Source: Christensenella sp. UBA4626 (GTDB taxonomy: Bacteria > Bacillota > Clostridia > Christensenellales > UBA1242). Taken from it: a stretch of 64,000 nucleotides of DNA. Location of the stretch: assembly GCA_002406115.1 (NCBI GenBank), contig DHNC01000014.1:5590-69589 (forward strand), read 5' to 3'. Under the pieces are notes generated by a model. The model was given only the letters and a program-made list of their open reading frames with translations. It did no database searches and was not told the DNA's origin. The number at the start of each line of letters is the position of its first letter. The first letter of the stretch is position 1. Shown here one piece after another: positions 1-7,783 of this stretch. The position numbers and the translations under genes were made by a program.

Positions 1-137
1 ATAGAAAAAAGAGATTTTTAGGATAAAATAAGCCGAAAAATATTATAATTTTACAAAGTTTTTCTAGTTAGAGTAGAAAAACTATTGCATTTTGAAAACC
101 TTTTTGGTAATATATAGTCATTAAAGGAGAATGCAAT

Positions 138-1331
138 ATGATAATAAGACCAAATTATATAGAAAAGTTAAAGCCATTTATAGATGTTAAATTAGTTAAA
201 ATACTTGCAGGAATTAGAAGATGTGGCAAATCTACAATCTTAGAGATGTTAAAGCAAGAACTTCTTTCACATGGTGTTGATGAAGAACACATAATCACAA
301 GAAAATATACTAGCGAAGATTATGGTAAGTCTTTTTCTTCTAAAAAAATGTATGAAGAACTAAAATCTTTTATGGTTGATGGTGATAGATATTATTTCTT
401 GCTTGATGAACTTCAAGAAATAGCAGGTTGGGAAAAAGTTGTTAATACTTTGCTTGAAGATTACAACACAGATATTTATGTAACTGGCTCTAACTCAAAA
501 CTTATGAGTAGTGAGATATCCACTTATCTAACGGGTAGATACATCACAATCCCTGTGTATACTCTTTCATTTAAAGAATACTTGACTTTTAAAAACAATC
601 CAAATAAGTCAAACAAAGAACATTTGCAAGACTATATCCGCTATGGTGGCTTTCCATTGGTTGCAAGCGCTAACTTTGATGAAAAGGCAACATATTCAAT
701 AGTAGAAGATATATATAATTCGGTTGTGATGAATGATATAACCAACAAACACCAAATATCTAATATTGATTTATTCAATCGAGTTGTAAGGTTTATAGTT
801 GAAAATGTTGGAAAAACATTTTCCGCTAATTCAATCGTTAATTTCTTAAAATCCGAAAAAAGAACTATATCTGTTGAAACAATATACAATTATTTAGAAT
901 GGTTAGAAAAAGCATTTGTAATCTATCGCTCAAAAAGGTATGACTTACAAGGCAAAAATGTTTTAAAAACACAAGAAAAATTTTATCTTGCAGACCAATC
1001 TATAAAATATGCTTTGTATGGGTTTAATCCAACAAGTATTGCTTCAACAATAGAAAATATTGTTTTCTTTGAACTCAAACGCCGTGACTATGATGTTTAT
1101 ATAGGAAAGAATGCTGACAAAGAAATAGACTTTGTTGCAACTTCCCGTGATGAAAAATTATATATTCAAGTATGCCGAGAACTTCCAAAAGAGTCCGACA
1201 GAGAAATTGCAAACCTTTTGGAAATAAAAGATAATTATCCTAAAATGATTGTTACACTTGATGATTATGCAAGTGGCAATGTTAATGGCATAAAAATTGT
1301 TCATCTTGCAGATTTCTTGCTTGATGATTAA
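138..1331 (+). CDS. AAA+ ATPase of the DUF4143 type (ATP-binding protein)
   Basis: 397-aa ORF with SD aaggaga 7 nt before the ATG. Walker A GIRRCGKST and Walker B-like YFLLDELQ. Length and layout are typical of the AAA_14+DUF4143 family. Visibly AT-richer than the core genes. Confidence 0.8.
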   Translation: MIIRPNYIEKLKPFIDVKLVKILAGIRRCGKSTILEMLKQELLSHGVDEEHIITRKYTSEDYGKSFSSKKMYEELKSFMVDGDRYYFLLDELQEIAGWEKVVNTLLEDYNTDIYVTGSNSKLMSSEISTYLTGRYITIPVYTLSFKEYLTFKNNPNKSNKEHLQDYIRYGGFPLVASANFDEKATYSIVEDIYNSVVMNDITNKHQISNIDLFNRVVRFIVENVGKTFSANSIVNFLKSEKRTISVETIYNYLEWLEKAFVIYRSKRYDLQGKNVLKTQEKFYLADQSIKYALYGFNPTSIASTIENIVFFELKRRDYDVYIGKNADKEIDFVATSRDEKLYIQVCRELPKESDREIANLLEIKDNYPKMIVTLDDYASGNVNGIKIVHLADFLLDD

Positions 1332-1407
1332 AAATCTCGCAAAAAGTGTTATGCAGTTTTAGGCAGTTTTATATAGTTTTAGACCACATAATTTTGAGTT
1401 AAAGTGC

Positions 1408-1454
1408 ACATTTGATGTCAACTGATGTCAAGTGTGCATTTTTTGTTGACATCA
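1408..1454. repeat. TGATGTCAA repeat array 1 (two direct copies 10 bp apart plus one inverted copy)
   Basis: TGATGTCAA at 1413-1421 and 1423-1431; inverted TTGACATCA at 1446-1454. The 24-nt block acatttgatgtcaaCtgatgtcaa (1408-1431) recurs at 1948-1971 with one mismatch. Confidence 0.8.
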
Positions 1455-1542
1455 AAAGACTTTTTTATATGCTCAAAAGCCTTTATTTTAGGGACATTCA
1501 AGGGTGTGCGTATAAACCCACTTAAAAACATACACTTTTCTG

Positions 1543-1584
1543 ATAAGGTGGGGGTCGGTGGTTCGAGTCCACTCATCTCTACCA
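1543..1584 (+). other. tRNA/tmRNA-like 3'-end fragment (T-arm + acceptor 3' strand + ACCA) without a 5' half
   Basis: GGTGG-TTCGAGT-CCACT T-arm, CATCTCT acceptor strand, discriminator A and CCA. No complementary 5' acceptor strand, D-arm or anticodon arm in the upstream 400 nt. Confidence 0.6.
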
Positions 1585-1590
1585 TGAGCG

Positions 1591-1624
1591 AGTGTTTGGT
1601 TTATACCAAACACTTTTTCTTTTA
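1591..1624 (+). terminator. intrinsic terminator following the first 3'-end fragment
   Basis: 10-bp stem agtgtttggt/accaaacact, loop ttat, then tttttctttt. Confidence 0.8.
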
Positions 1625-1756
1625 TAAAACAAGTGTCAAAAATTTATTTTTGGAAACGAGATTTTAGAAAAGAAATATAGTTTGCTTGCAAACTTGCGAA
1701 TGTTTTCATGAGTGCAAAGAACCAAACTTAGGAGACCCCCAAACTTATATATCTAT

Positions 1757-1786
1757 ATAAGGTGAGGGATTTTCTCATCTCTACCA
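1757..1786 (+). other. second, shorter copy of the tRNA/tmRNA-like 3' end
   Basis: ataaggtgAggg plus the identical 13-nt end ctcatctctacca (1774-1786 = 1572-1584). The T-arm is deleted. Confidence 0.55.
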
Positions 1787-1818
1787 GAAAACACAATATA
1801 TTGTGCTGAATTAAATTA

Positions 1819-1846
1819 AGCATACCATAATTGGTATGCTTTTTTC
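1819..1846 (+). terminator. intrinsic terminator following the second fragment
   Basis: 9-bp stem agcatacca/tggtatgct, loop taat, then ttttt. Confidence 0.75.
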
Positions 1847-1947
1847 GTATCATTTTTGCAAGTGAGTAGAATTTGAGTAGAATTTTGAGTCATTAAGTAT
1901 ATTATATTCAATTCACCAAAAGCCAACTAAAACTCTCTAAAACTGGT

Positions 1948-1983
1948 ACATTTGATGTCAATTGATGTCAAAATTGATGTCAA
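1948..1983. repeat. TGATGTCAA repeat array 2 (three direct copies)
   Basis: TGATGTCAA at 1953-1961, 1963-1971 and 1975-1983. The array ends 4 nt before the stop codon of the MATE gene. Confidence 0.8.
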
Positions 1984-1987
1984 CTTT

Positions 1988-3940
1988 TTATTTCTTTGAA
2001 TTAACAAAATCTTCTATTTGTTTTACTATGTTTTCTTCGGTGTCATTTGCGTTTATATAAAGGTTATAGTTTTCTTTTTCGCCCCAAACCTTATTTGCAA
2101 CCAAAGAATAATATGACTTGCGAGCAGTATTTGATTTCTTAATGTGTTCTATTGCTTGTTCTCTTGTATCGCCATACATTTCCATAACTTTATTTATCTT
2201 AAATTCTTCATCAGCATACAAAAATACTGTTACTAAATTTTTATGATTTCTTAAAATATAGTCGGCACATCTACCAACAATCACAAACGACTCTGTGCTT
2301 GCAAGTTCTGTGATAATTTCACTTTGTGCAATAATAGAGTCCTTGTTTGCGTCAAGTGAAAGATAGGCATTATAACCATCTTCATCACTATTGTCTTTTA
2401 CATATTTTTTATCAAGTTCTCTTTTCTTTGCTTCAAGCATTGTAAGTTCTTTGTCATAAAACTTAATGCCAAGTTTATCCGCAAGCATTTTACCTATTCT
2501 CTTTGCTCTTGTTCCGTGCTGTCTTGAAATTGTAATGATAAGGTTGTCGCCTGAAATTTGTTTTTCTTCCAAGGTGTCAATTTTCTTTTTCATCACATCT
2601 TTCAAAATAAAGAATGAAACAACAGCTGTTAATACTTCTGAGATTGGCAATGCCCACCAAACAATGTTTACAACGTTTGGAGATAAAGTAAATAAGTACG
2701 CTATTGGTAACACAAATACTGCAAGTCTAAGTAATGCTGTTAAAAAAGGTTTAAATGCGTAGCGAAGTGCTTGCAATACACCTTGCACTGCAACACTAAA
2801 TCCCATAAATATATAGCCAATCGATGCTATTCTTGTGGCTTTTTCACAAACTGAAATAAGTTCACTAGATGAACCACCAGAAAGAGCAAATAATTTTGCA
2901 AGTGGATTTGCGATTATTTCAAACAATATCGTTATGATAATTGTAACAATAAAAGTGTCAACAATTCCATACTTTATACAATCTTTTGAACGTTCTTTGT
3001 CTTTCATTCCATAGTTAAATGATAAAATCGTAATTATTGTGTTTGAAAGTCCAAAACAAGAAAATAATGCTATTTGTTGAATTTTATAATAAATTCCAAA
3101 CGAACCAACAAGAATAGTTGGATTTGCGTTTGCTGAGCCTAGAATAATATTCATTCCAGCCATCATAACTGATAATAACGCTTGCATAATAGCAGCAGAA
3201 ATTCCAATTGCATATATGCCTTTGATTATGCTACCACTAGGTTTAATATACTTCAAATTTCCGTTGATTTCTTTATTTTTTGTGTAATGCAATATCATTG
3301 CAATAATTAGTGAAACAAACTGACCAAGAACGGTTGCCCAAGCAGCACCTGCAACACCCATGTTAAGTGGAAAAATGAAAATGTAGTCAAACACAATATT
3401 TACAACAGCACCAGAAATTTGTGCGATTGTAGAATATATTGTTTTTCCAGTTGCTTGCAAAAATCTTTCATAAATTGCAAAGCCAATTGCTCCAAGTGAA
3501 AGACTGCTACAAATCATTAAGTAGCTTCCACCCATTTTGATAACTTCTTCATTTTTAGTAAAAAGTGAAATAAACCAATTTGAACCAACAAGTCCAAAAA
3601 TTAAGAATACAAGATAAATAACAAGTGCTAAAAATATTCCGTTTCCAGCAACTTTATTTACTTTTTCTTTGTTCCTTTCTCCTAAACTTTTTGATAGTAA
3701 CGCATTGAGTCCCACACCTGTTCCAACACCTATTGCAATAATTAAAATCTGGATTGGATAAGCGTATGTCAATGCTTCGTTTGCGAGTGCTCCTGTGCCT
3801 TGCATATTGGCAACAAACACACTATCAACAACATTGTATAGTGCTTGCAAAACCATTGAAACTATCATAGGTAGTCCCATTTTCCAAAACAATTTTTTAA
3901 GTGGTTCAACTGCCATTTTATTTTGTTTTACTTCTTCCAT
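1988..3940 (-). CDS. MATE-family efflux transporter fused to a C-terminal cytidylate kinase-like domain
   Basis: 650-aa ORF. The N-terminal ~450 aa is a multi-TM MATE body (LKKLFWKMGLPMIVSMVLQALYNVVDSVFV...). The C-terminal ~190 aa matches the stand-alone cytidylate kinase-like family (ITISRQHGTRAKRIGKMLADKLGIKFYDKEL ... IVGRCADYILRNH ... YYSLVANKVWGEKENYNLYIN). Confidence 0.75.
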   Translation of the reverse strand: MEEVKQNKMAVEPLKKLFWKMGLPMIVSMVLQALYNVVDSVFVANMQGTGALANEALTYAYPIQILIIAIGVGTGVGLNALLSKSLGERNKEKVNKVAGNGIFLALVIYLVFLIFGLVGSNWFISLFTKNEEVIKMGGSYLMICSSLSLGAIGFAIYERFLQATGKTIYSTIAQISGAVVNIVFDYIFIFPLNMGVAGAAWATVLGQFVSLIIAMILHYTKNKEINGNLKYIKPSGSIIKGIYAIGISAAIMQALLSVMMAGMNIILGSANANPTILVGSFGIYYKIQQIALFSCFGLSNTIITILSFNYGMKDKERSKDCIKYGIVDTFIVTIIITILFEIIANPLAKLFALSGGSSSELISVCEKATRIASIGYIFMGFSVAVQGVLQALRYAFKPFLTALLRLAVFVLPIAYLFTLSPNVVNIVWWALPISEVLTAVVSFFILKDVMKKKIDTLEEKQISGDNLIITISRQHGTRAKRIGKMLADKLGIKFYDKELTMLEAKKRELDKKYVKDNSDEDGYNAYLSLDANKDSIIAQSEIITELASTESFVIVGRCADYILRNHKNLVTVFLYADEEFKINKVMEMYGDTREQAIEHIKKSNTARKSYYSLVANKVWGEKENYNLYINANDTEENIVKQIEDFVNSKK

Positions 3941-3966
3941 ATATTCTCCTTATTTTTGTCATAGAA

Positions 3967-4008
3967 CAAAAAAATGTGTAAGTCCAATAATCAACTGGAC
4001 TTACACAT
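3967..4008 (-). terminator. strong intrinsic terminator hairpin in the leader of the MATE fusion gene (also downstream of the CMD-cupin operon)
   Basis: 13-bp perfect stem atgtgtaagtcca/tggacttacacat (3974-3986 / 3996-4008) with a 9-nt loop. On the minus strand it is followed by a run of 6-7 U (plus-strand A-run 3968-3973). Confidence 0.75.
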
Positions 4009-4031
4009 TTCTGTTACGCATTGACCCAAGT

Positions 4032-4060
4032 ATTTTAGCAAAAACGAAAAAATTTTTCAA
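4032..4060 (-). promoter_or_regulatory. candidate sigma-A promoter upstream of the leader terminator
   Basis: The minus strand reads TTGAAA-17 nt-TAAAAT. The predicted TSS is ~17 nt upstream of the hairpin. Confidence 0.4.
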
Positions 4061-4133
4061 GCAATGAAACAAAAGTTTTTCCAATTTTTTTTATTTTATA
4101 AACACTTTACATTACAAAATCGTGCTATTTTTA

Positions 4134-4856
4134 CTACCTCAATTTATTATATTCTTCATCAGTCACCGGCTCGCACCACTCGTTTGACGCACCCTCCGCT
4201 GGGATTTCAAGTGCAACATGGGTGAACCATTCATCTTTGCCCGCTCCATGCCAATGCTTAACCTCTGGTGCGATATACACAACATCACCCGGCAAAAGTT
4301 TTTGAGCAGGTTTACCCCACTCTTGATACCAGCCTTGTCCATCTGTGCAAAGCAAAATTTGCCCGCCTTTATGGTGGATGTGCCAATTGTTGCGGCATTT
4401 TGGCTCGAAAGTGACATTAAAAGTGCCAACACCTTTTGTACATAACGGCTTTAAATAGCTTTTGCCGATAAAATATTTTGCAAAATTGACATTCTCCTCA
4501 CCCAATCCAAAAAGCGAGTCTGACGGATTTGATTTTTCCTCTGCATAAACCTCTCTAACGATAGGAAAAACTGCCCAAGCGTTTGGCCAGCCCACATAGA
4601 ACGCTAGATGAGTGATAATTTCCACCATTTCAGTTTTTGTTACGCCGTGATTTTTGGCGTTTTGAATGTGGTATTTTATTGAATTGTCGGTTATTCCTTT
4701 TGTCATGAGTGCCGAAACGGTGATAATACTTCTATCCCTCAAACTCAGTTTATCTTCTCTTGCCCAGACCTCGCCAAACAAGACGTCGTCATTGAGTTCG
4801 GCAAACTTTGGCGCAATATCTCCCAGACCTTTTCTTCCTGCTGTTTGTTTTTTCAT
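4134..4856 (-). CDS. carboxymuconolactone decarboxylase (AhpD-like) domain + cupin domain fusion protein
   Basis: 240 aa. The N-terminal half is CMD-like (LSLRDRSIITVSALMTKG ... GVTKTEMVEIITHLAFYVGWPNAW). The C-terminal half is a cupin (NWHIHHKGGQILLCTDGQGW ... GDVVYIAPEVKHWHGA). Confidence 0.75.
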   Translation of the reverse strand: MKKQTAGRKGLGDIAPKFAELNDDVLFGEVWAREDKLSLRDRSIITVSALMTKGITDNSIKYHIQNAKNHGVTKTEMVEIITHLAFYVGWPNAWAVFPIVREVYAEEKSNPSDSLFGLGEENVNFAKYFIGKSYLKPLCTKGVGTFNVTFEPKCRNNWHIHHKGGQILLCTDGQGWYQEWGKPAQKLLPGDVVYIAPEVKHWHGAGKDEWFTHVALEIPAEGASNEWCEPVTDEEYNKLR

Positions 4857-4865
4857 ATTCCCCTC

Positions 4866-6623
4866 TTATTTCAAAATGTTTTGTATTTCATCAACAATCT
4901 GTTCCGGTGTCATGCCAAGTTGCTTTAAAAGTTCGGTTGGATTGTATCTATCATAAAATTTCTTTTCAAGACCATAGTTTTTGACAAGCAGATTAGAACC
5001 ACCGAGAGCAGAAGCCACCTTTTCGCCAAAACCGCCCGAAACAATCCCGTCTTCCAGCGTCAACACCAATTTATGGTCTTTTCCCAACTTTTTCAATAGG
5101 TCGATATCTACGCTTGAAGCAAATCTAGGATTGATAATGGTTGGTTTAAATCCAAGTTGCTTTTTGATTTCTTTTGCAACATCTTGCCCCAGTTTAAAGA
5201 AATCCCCAAGGGCTATAATTGCAACATTTTTGCCTTTTTGCTCTACAACAAATTTTTGATTATCGAAGTTTGTGTCAACTTTTCTATCTTGAACTTCGCC
5301 ACCCGGAAGCAAGATTACAACCGGATGCTGTTTTTGGCTGGTTGACCAATCAAGCATCGCCAAAAGTTCGCTTTTGCAAGTTGGTGCCAAAGTGATTAAA
5401 TTTGGGATGTTTGAAAGCATAGAAACGCCAAAAATGCCGAGGTGAGTAACATCTGTTAAACTTGAAAATGATGAATAATTAAGCAAAATTGTGACTGGGT
5501 TATCATTTATGCAAACATCTTGATGAATTTGGTCAAATGCACGTTGGATAAAGGTTGTGTTGGTGACAACAACTGGTGTCATGCCCGCTTTTGCAAGCCC
5601 AGAAGCCATGGCAACCGCCTGCTCTTCCGCAATGCCGACATCCACAAATTGAGTGCCAAGTTTTTGCCTATCGTCAGGTTTTAAGCCGAAACTTGAAGGC
5701 ATATTTGGCGTTACAACAACAAAATTTTTGTCCGCCTTTGCCTTGTCCATAATAAAGTCGTGTGCGACTGACACATAACTTTCGCCATAAAAAGCAAATT
5801 TAGATTTGCCCGTAGCCCTATCAAAAGGCATGGTCCAGTGCCACGCTTCCTTGTTTTCTTCGGCAAGTTTAAAGCCTTTTCCTTTCAGCGTGTTGATGTG
5901 AACGACGATTGGATGGTCAATATCTTTCACCTTTTTAAACACTTTGATTAAAGCCTCGATATCGTTGCCCTTTTCTTCATAAATGTAGTCCAAATTGAAT
6001 GATTTAAAGATATTATCCTTGCATTTGCCGTGGGTTTTTCTTAACTTTTTCAAGTTTTGATAAATGCCGCCGTGGGTTTCCGAAATTGATTGCTGATTGT
6101 CGTTTACAATAATTATCAAATTGGATTTTATTTCGCTGCCCGCCACATTCAAGCCTTCCAAAGCCTCGCCGCCTGAGAGTGAGCCATCGCCAATCAAGGC
6201 TATAACATTTTCTTTTGTGCCTTTTAGTTCTCTTGCTTTTGCCAAGCCAGTTGCAAGCGAAATAGAGGTTGAGGTGTGCCCAACATTAAACAAATCGTGC
6301 TCGCTTTCGTTTGGATTGGTGTATCCAGAATCGCTGGAAAATTGGCTGTCGTCCGTGTAACCCAGCCTTCTGCCTGTAAGCATTTTGTGTGGATAACTTT
6401 GATGGGAAACGTCAAAAACAAACTTGTCTTTTGGCGAAGAAAAAACATAATGCATCGCAATCTCGCATTCGACGATGCCAAAATTTGGTGCACAGTGACC
6501 GCCAACCTTTGTCAGCCTGTTAAACAAAGCCTCACGAATATCTGCCGCCAGTTGTTTAAGTTGTGGAAGTTTAAGTTTTTTTACATCTTCCGGTGAGTTT
6601 ATAGTGTTTAAAATTTCGTACAT
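4866..6623 (-). CDS. dxs: 1-deoxy-D-xylulose-5-phosphate synthase family (divergent, DXS-like ThDP enzyme)
   Basis: 585 aa with a DXS-type N-terminus (LNTINSPEDVKKLKLPQLKQLAADIREAL). ThDP motif GDGSLSGGEALEGLN, SHQSYPHKMLTGRR, and a transketolase-like C-terminal domain. The motif GGHCAPNFG deviates from the canonical GGHLGSSLG. Confidence 0.65.
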   Translation of the reverse strand: MYEILNTINSPEDVKKLKLPQLKQLAADIREALFNRLTKVGGHCAPNFGIVECEIAMHYVFSSPKDKFVFDVSHQSYPHKMLTGRRLGYTDDSQFSSDSGYTNPNESEHDLFNVGHTSTSISLATGLAKARELKGTKENVIALIGDGSLSGGEALEGLNVAGSEIKSNLIIIVNDNQQSISETHGGIYQNLKKLRKTHGKCKDNIFKSFNLDYIYEEKGNDIEALIKVFKKVKDIDHPIVVHINTLKGKGFKLAEENKEAWHWTMPFDRATGKSKFAFYGESYVSVAHDFIMDKAKADKNFVVVTPNMPSSFGLKPDDRQKLGTQFVDVGIAEEQAVAMASGLAKAGMTPVVVTNTTFIQRAFDQIHQDVCINDNPVTILLNYSSFSSLTDVTHLGIFGVSMLSNIPNLITLAPTCKSELLAMLDWSTSQKQHPVVILLPGGEVQDRKVDTNFDNQKFVVEQKGKNVAIIALGDFFKLGQDVAKEIKKQLGFKPTIINPRFASSVDIDLLKKLGKDHKLVLTLEDGIVSGGFGEKVASALGGSNLLVKNYGLEKKFYDRYNPTELLKQLGMTPEQIVDEIQNILK

Positions 6624-6631
6624 ATTTTCTC

Positions 6632-7096
6632 CTAGTTTAAATTTTCAATATATTTAATATGCTCACTTGCACTCTTATTAAACAATCCTTGCTTTACATC
6701 AATATTTTTGTCAATCTTTTTAAAATCAGCAAGTGAATTTTTTGCATATTGTGGGTCGTTTGTATAACTGTTTTCAAACAAAACTACCTCACCTTTATAT
6801 CCTTTAAGTTTTTCAATCAAAGTTGCCACCGGCATTGGGAATGTGTACCACCAAATTGGGAAAAACAACAAAATCCTATCATACTTGTTTACGTCTTTGT
6901 TTAGCCCAACAATTTCCGGATGAACACGCTCTTGCCATTCTTGCTTTGCTTCCACATATGCGCAAGTGTTGTAGTCTTTTGAATATGGTTGCTTCCTTTC
7001 AATCCTCACCACATCAAAGCCAAAATGCTTATTGGTTTCTTTTACCAATCTGTCTGTGTTGCCAGACCAAGAAAAATAAATAATTAAGTTTTTCAT
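6632..7096 (-). CDS. flavodoxin-family protein (Flavodoxin_4 type)
   Basis: 154 aa with MKNLIIYFSWSGNT FMN-phosphate loop and FFPIWWYTFP motif. SD aagggga upstream. Confidence 0.75.
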   Translation of the reverse strand: MKNLIIYFSWSGNTDRLVKETNKHFGFDVVRIERKQPYSKDYNTCAYVEAKQEWQERVHPEIVGLNKDVNKYDRILLFFPIWWYTFPMPVATLIEKLKGYKGEVVLFENSYTNDPQYAKNSLADFKKIDKNIDVKQGLFNKSASEHIKYIENLN

Positions 7097-7143
7097 ACTC
7101 TATTCCCCTTTTATTGACACATCTATATTTTTGTGTTACTTTA

Positions 7144-7174
7144 ATTTTAAAACCAGGGAGTAACTCACGGTCAA
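7144..7174 (-). promoter_or_regulatory. MerR-type promoter (19-bp spacer with imperfect dyad) for the flavodoxin operon
   Basis: The minus strand reads TTGACC-gtgagttactccctggttt-TAAAAT. The 19-nt spacer contains ACCgtGAG-tta-CTCccTGGT. The promoter is located between the divergent merR-family gene and the flavodoxin gene. Confidence 0.55.
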
Positions 7175-7212
7175 GCGATTTAAACAAAAAATTTGAATTT
7201 TTAGGAGGAATT

Positions 7213-7614
7213 ATGTATTCAATGCATGAATGCTGCAAACTGACAGGATTAAGTTACGACACTTTAAAATATTATTGCAATCAAGGGCTTGTGCCAAATG
7301 TTAAAAGGGATAAAGCCAACAATTATCGGGTGTTTGATGAGGACGACATTGCTTGGATAAAAAGTTTGATATGTTTGAAAAAATGCGATTTTTCGATGAA
7401 AGAAATAAAGCAATATATCAGCCTCTGTCTGAAAGGAAAATCAAGCATACCAGAACGACAAAAAATGCTTGAAAATCACAGAAAAGAAATTGAAAAAAAG
7501 ATAGCTGCGTTAAATGAAACTTTGTCATTTATTGATTGGAAAACTGACCTTTACAACAAATTTTTGTCAGGCGAAATAGAGTATTATTCTCATCTAAACA
7601 AATCCGAAAATTAA
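7213..7614 (+). CDS. MerR-family transcriptional regulator
   Basis: The start is moved to the ATG at 7213, preceded by SD taggagga. N-terminal HTH MYSMHECCKLTGLSYDTLKYYCNQGLV and a C-terminal coiled-coil dimerisation helix. Confidence 0.8.
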   Translation: MYSMHECCKLTGLSYDTLKYYCNQGLVPNVKRDKANNYRVFDEDDIAWIKSLICLKKCDFSMKEIKQYISLCLKGKSSIPERQKMLENHRKEIEKKIAALNETLSFIDWKTDLYNKFLSGEIEYYSHLNKSEN

Positions 7615-7783
7615 AATTCATATTTATATTTTTCAACTTAAAGCACGAAGAAAAATTAAAAAAAATTTAAAATTTTAACAAAAAAAATGAGTTTTTTATT
7701 GAATTTAACCCATTTTTTATATTTTTTTATTTTTTTCACGCTGACAACAATCCAGATTTATAAACGTTAGAATATAAATTGGT

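Noticed and set aside
1425-1667. 80-aa ORF on the plus strand; also a full tmRNA or tRNA gene here.
   Set aside because: The ORF spans the tRNA-like fragment and its terminator and has no SD. A full tRNA/tmRNA is rejected because no 5' acceptor strand, D-arm, anticodon arm or tag-reading-frame region can be found upstream. A tmRNA-length gene would also overlap the ATPase CDS.
7615-7783. Very AT-rich spacers with T-tracts roughly in helical phase. Others lie at 9050-9245, 33598-33900, 35759-35953, 49104-49528 and 50252-50373.
   Set aside because: This appears to be a general property of intergenic DNA in this genome (curved or UP-element-like promoter regions) rather than a discrete element. 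I did no quantitative periodicity analysis.
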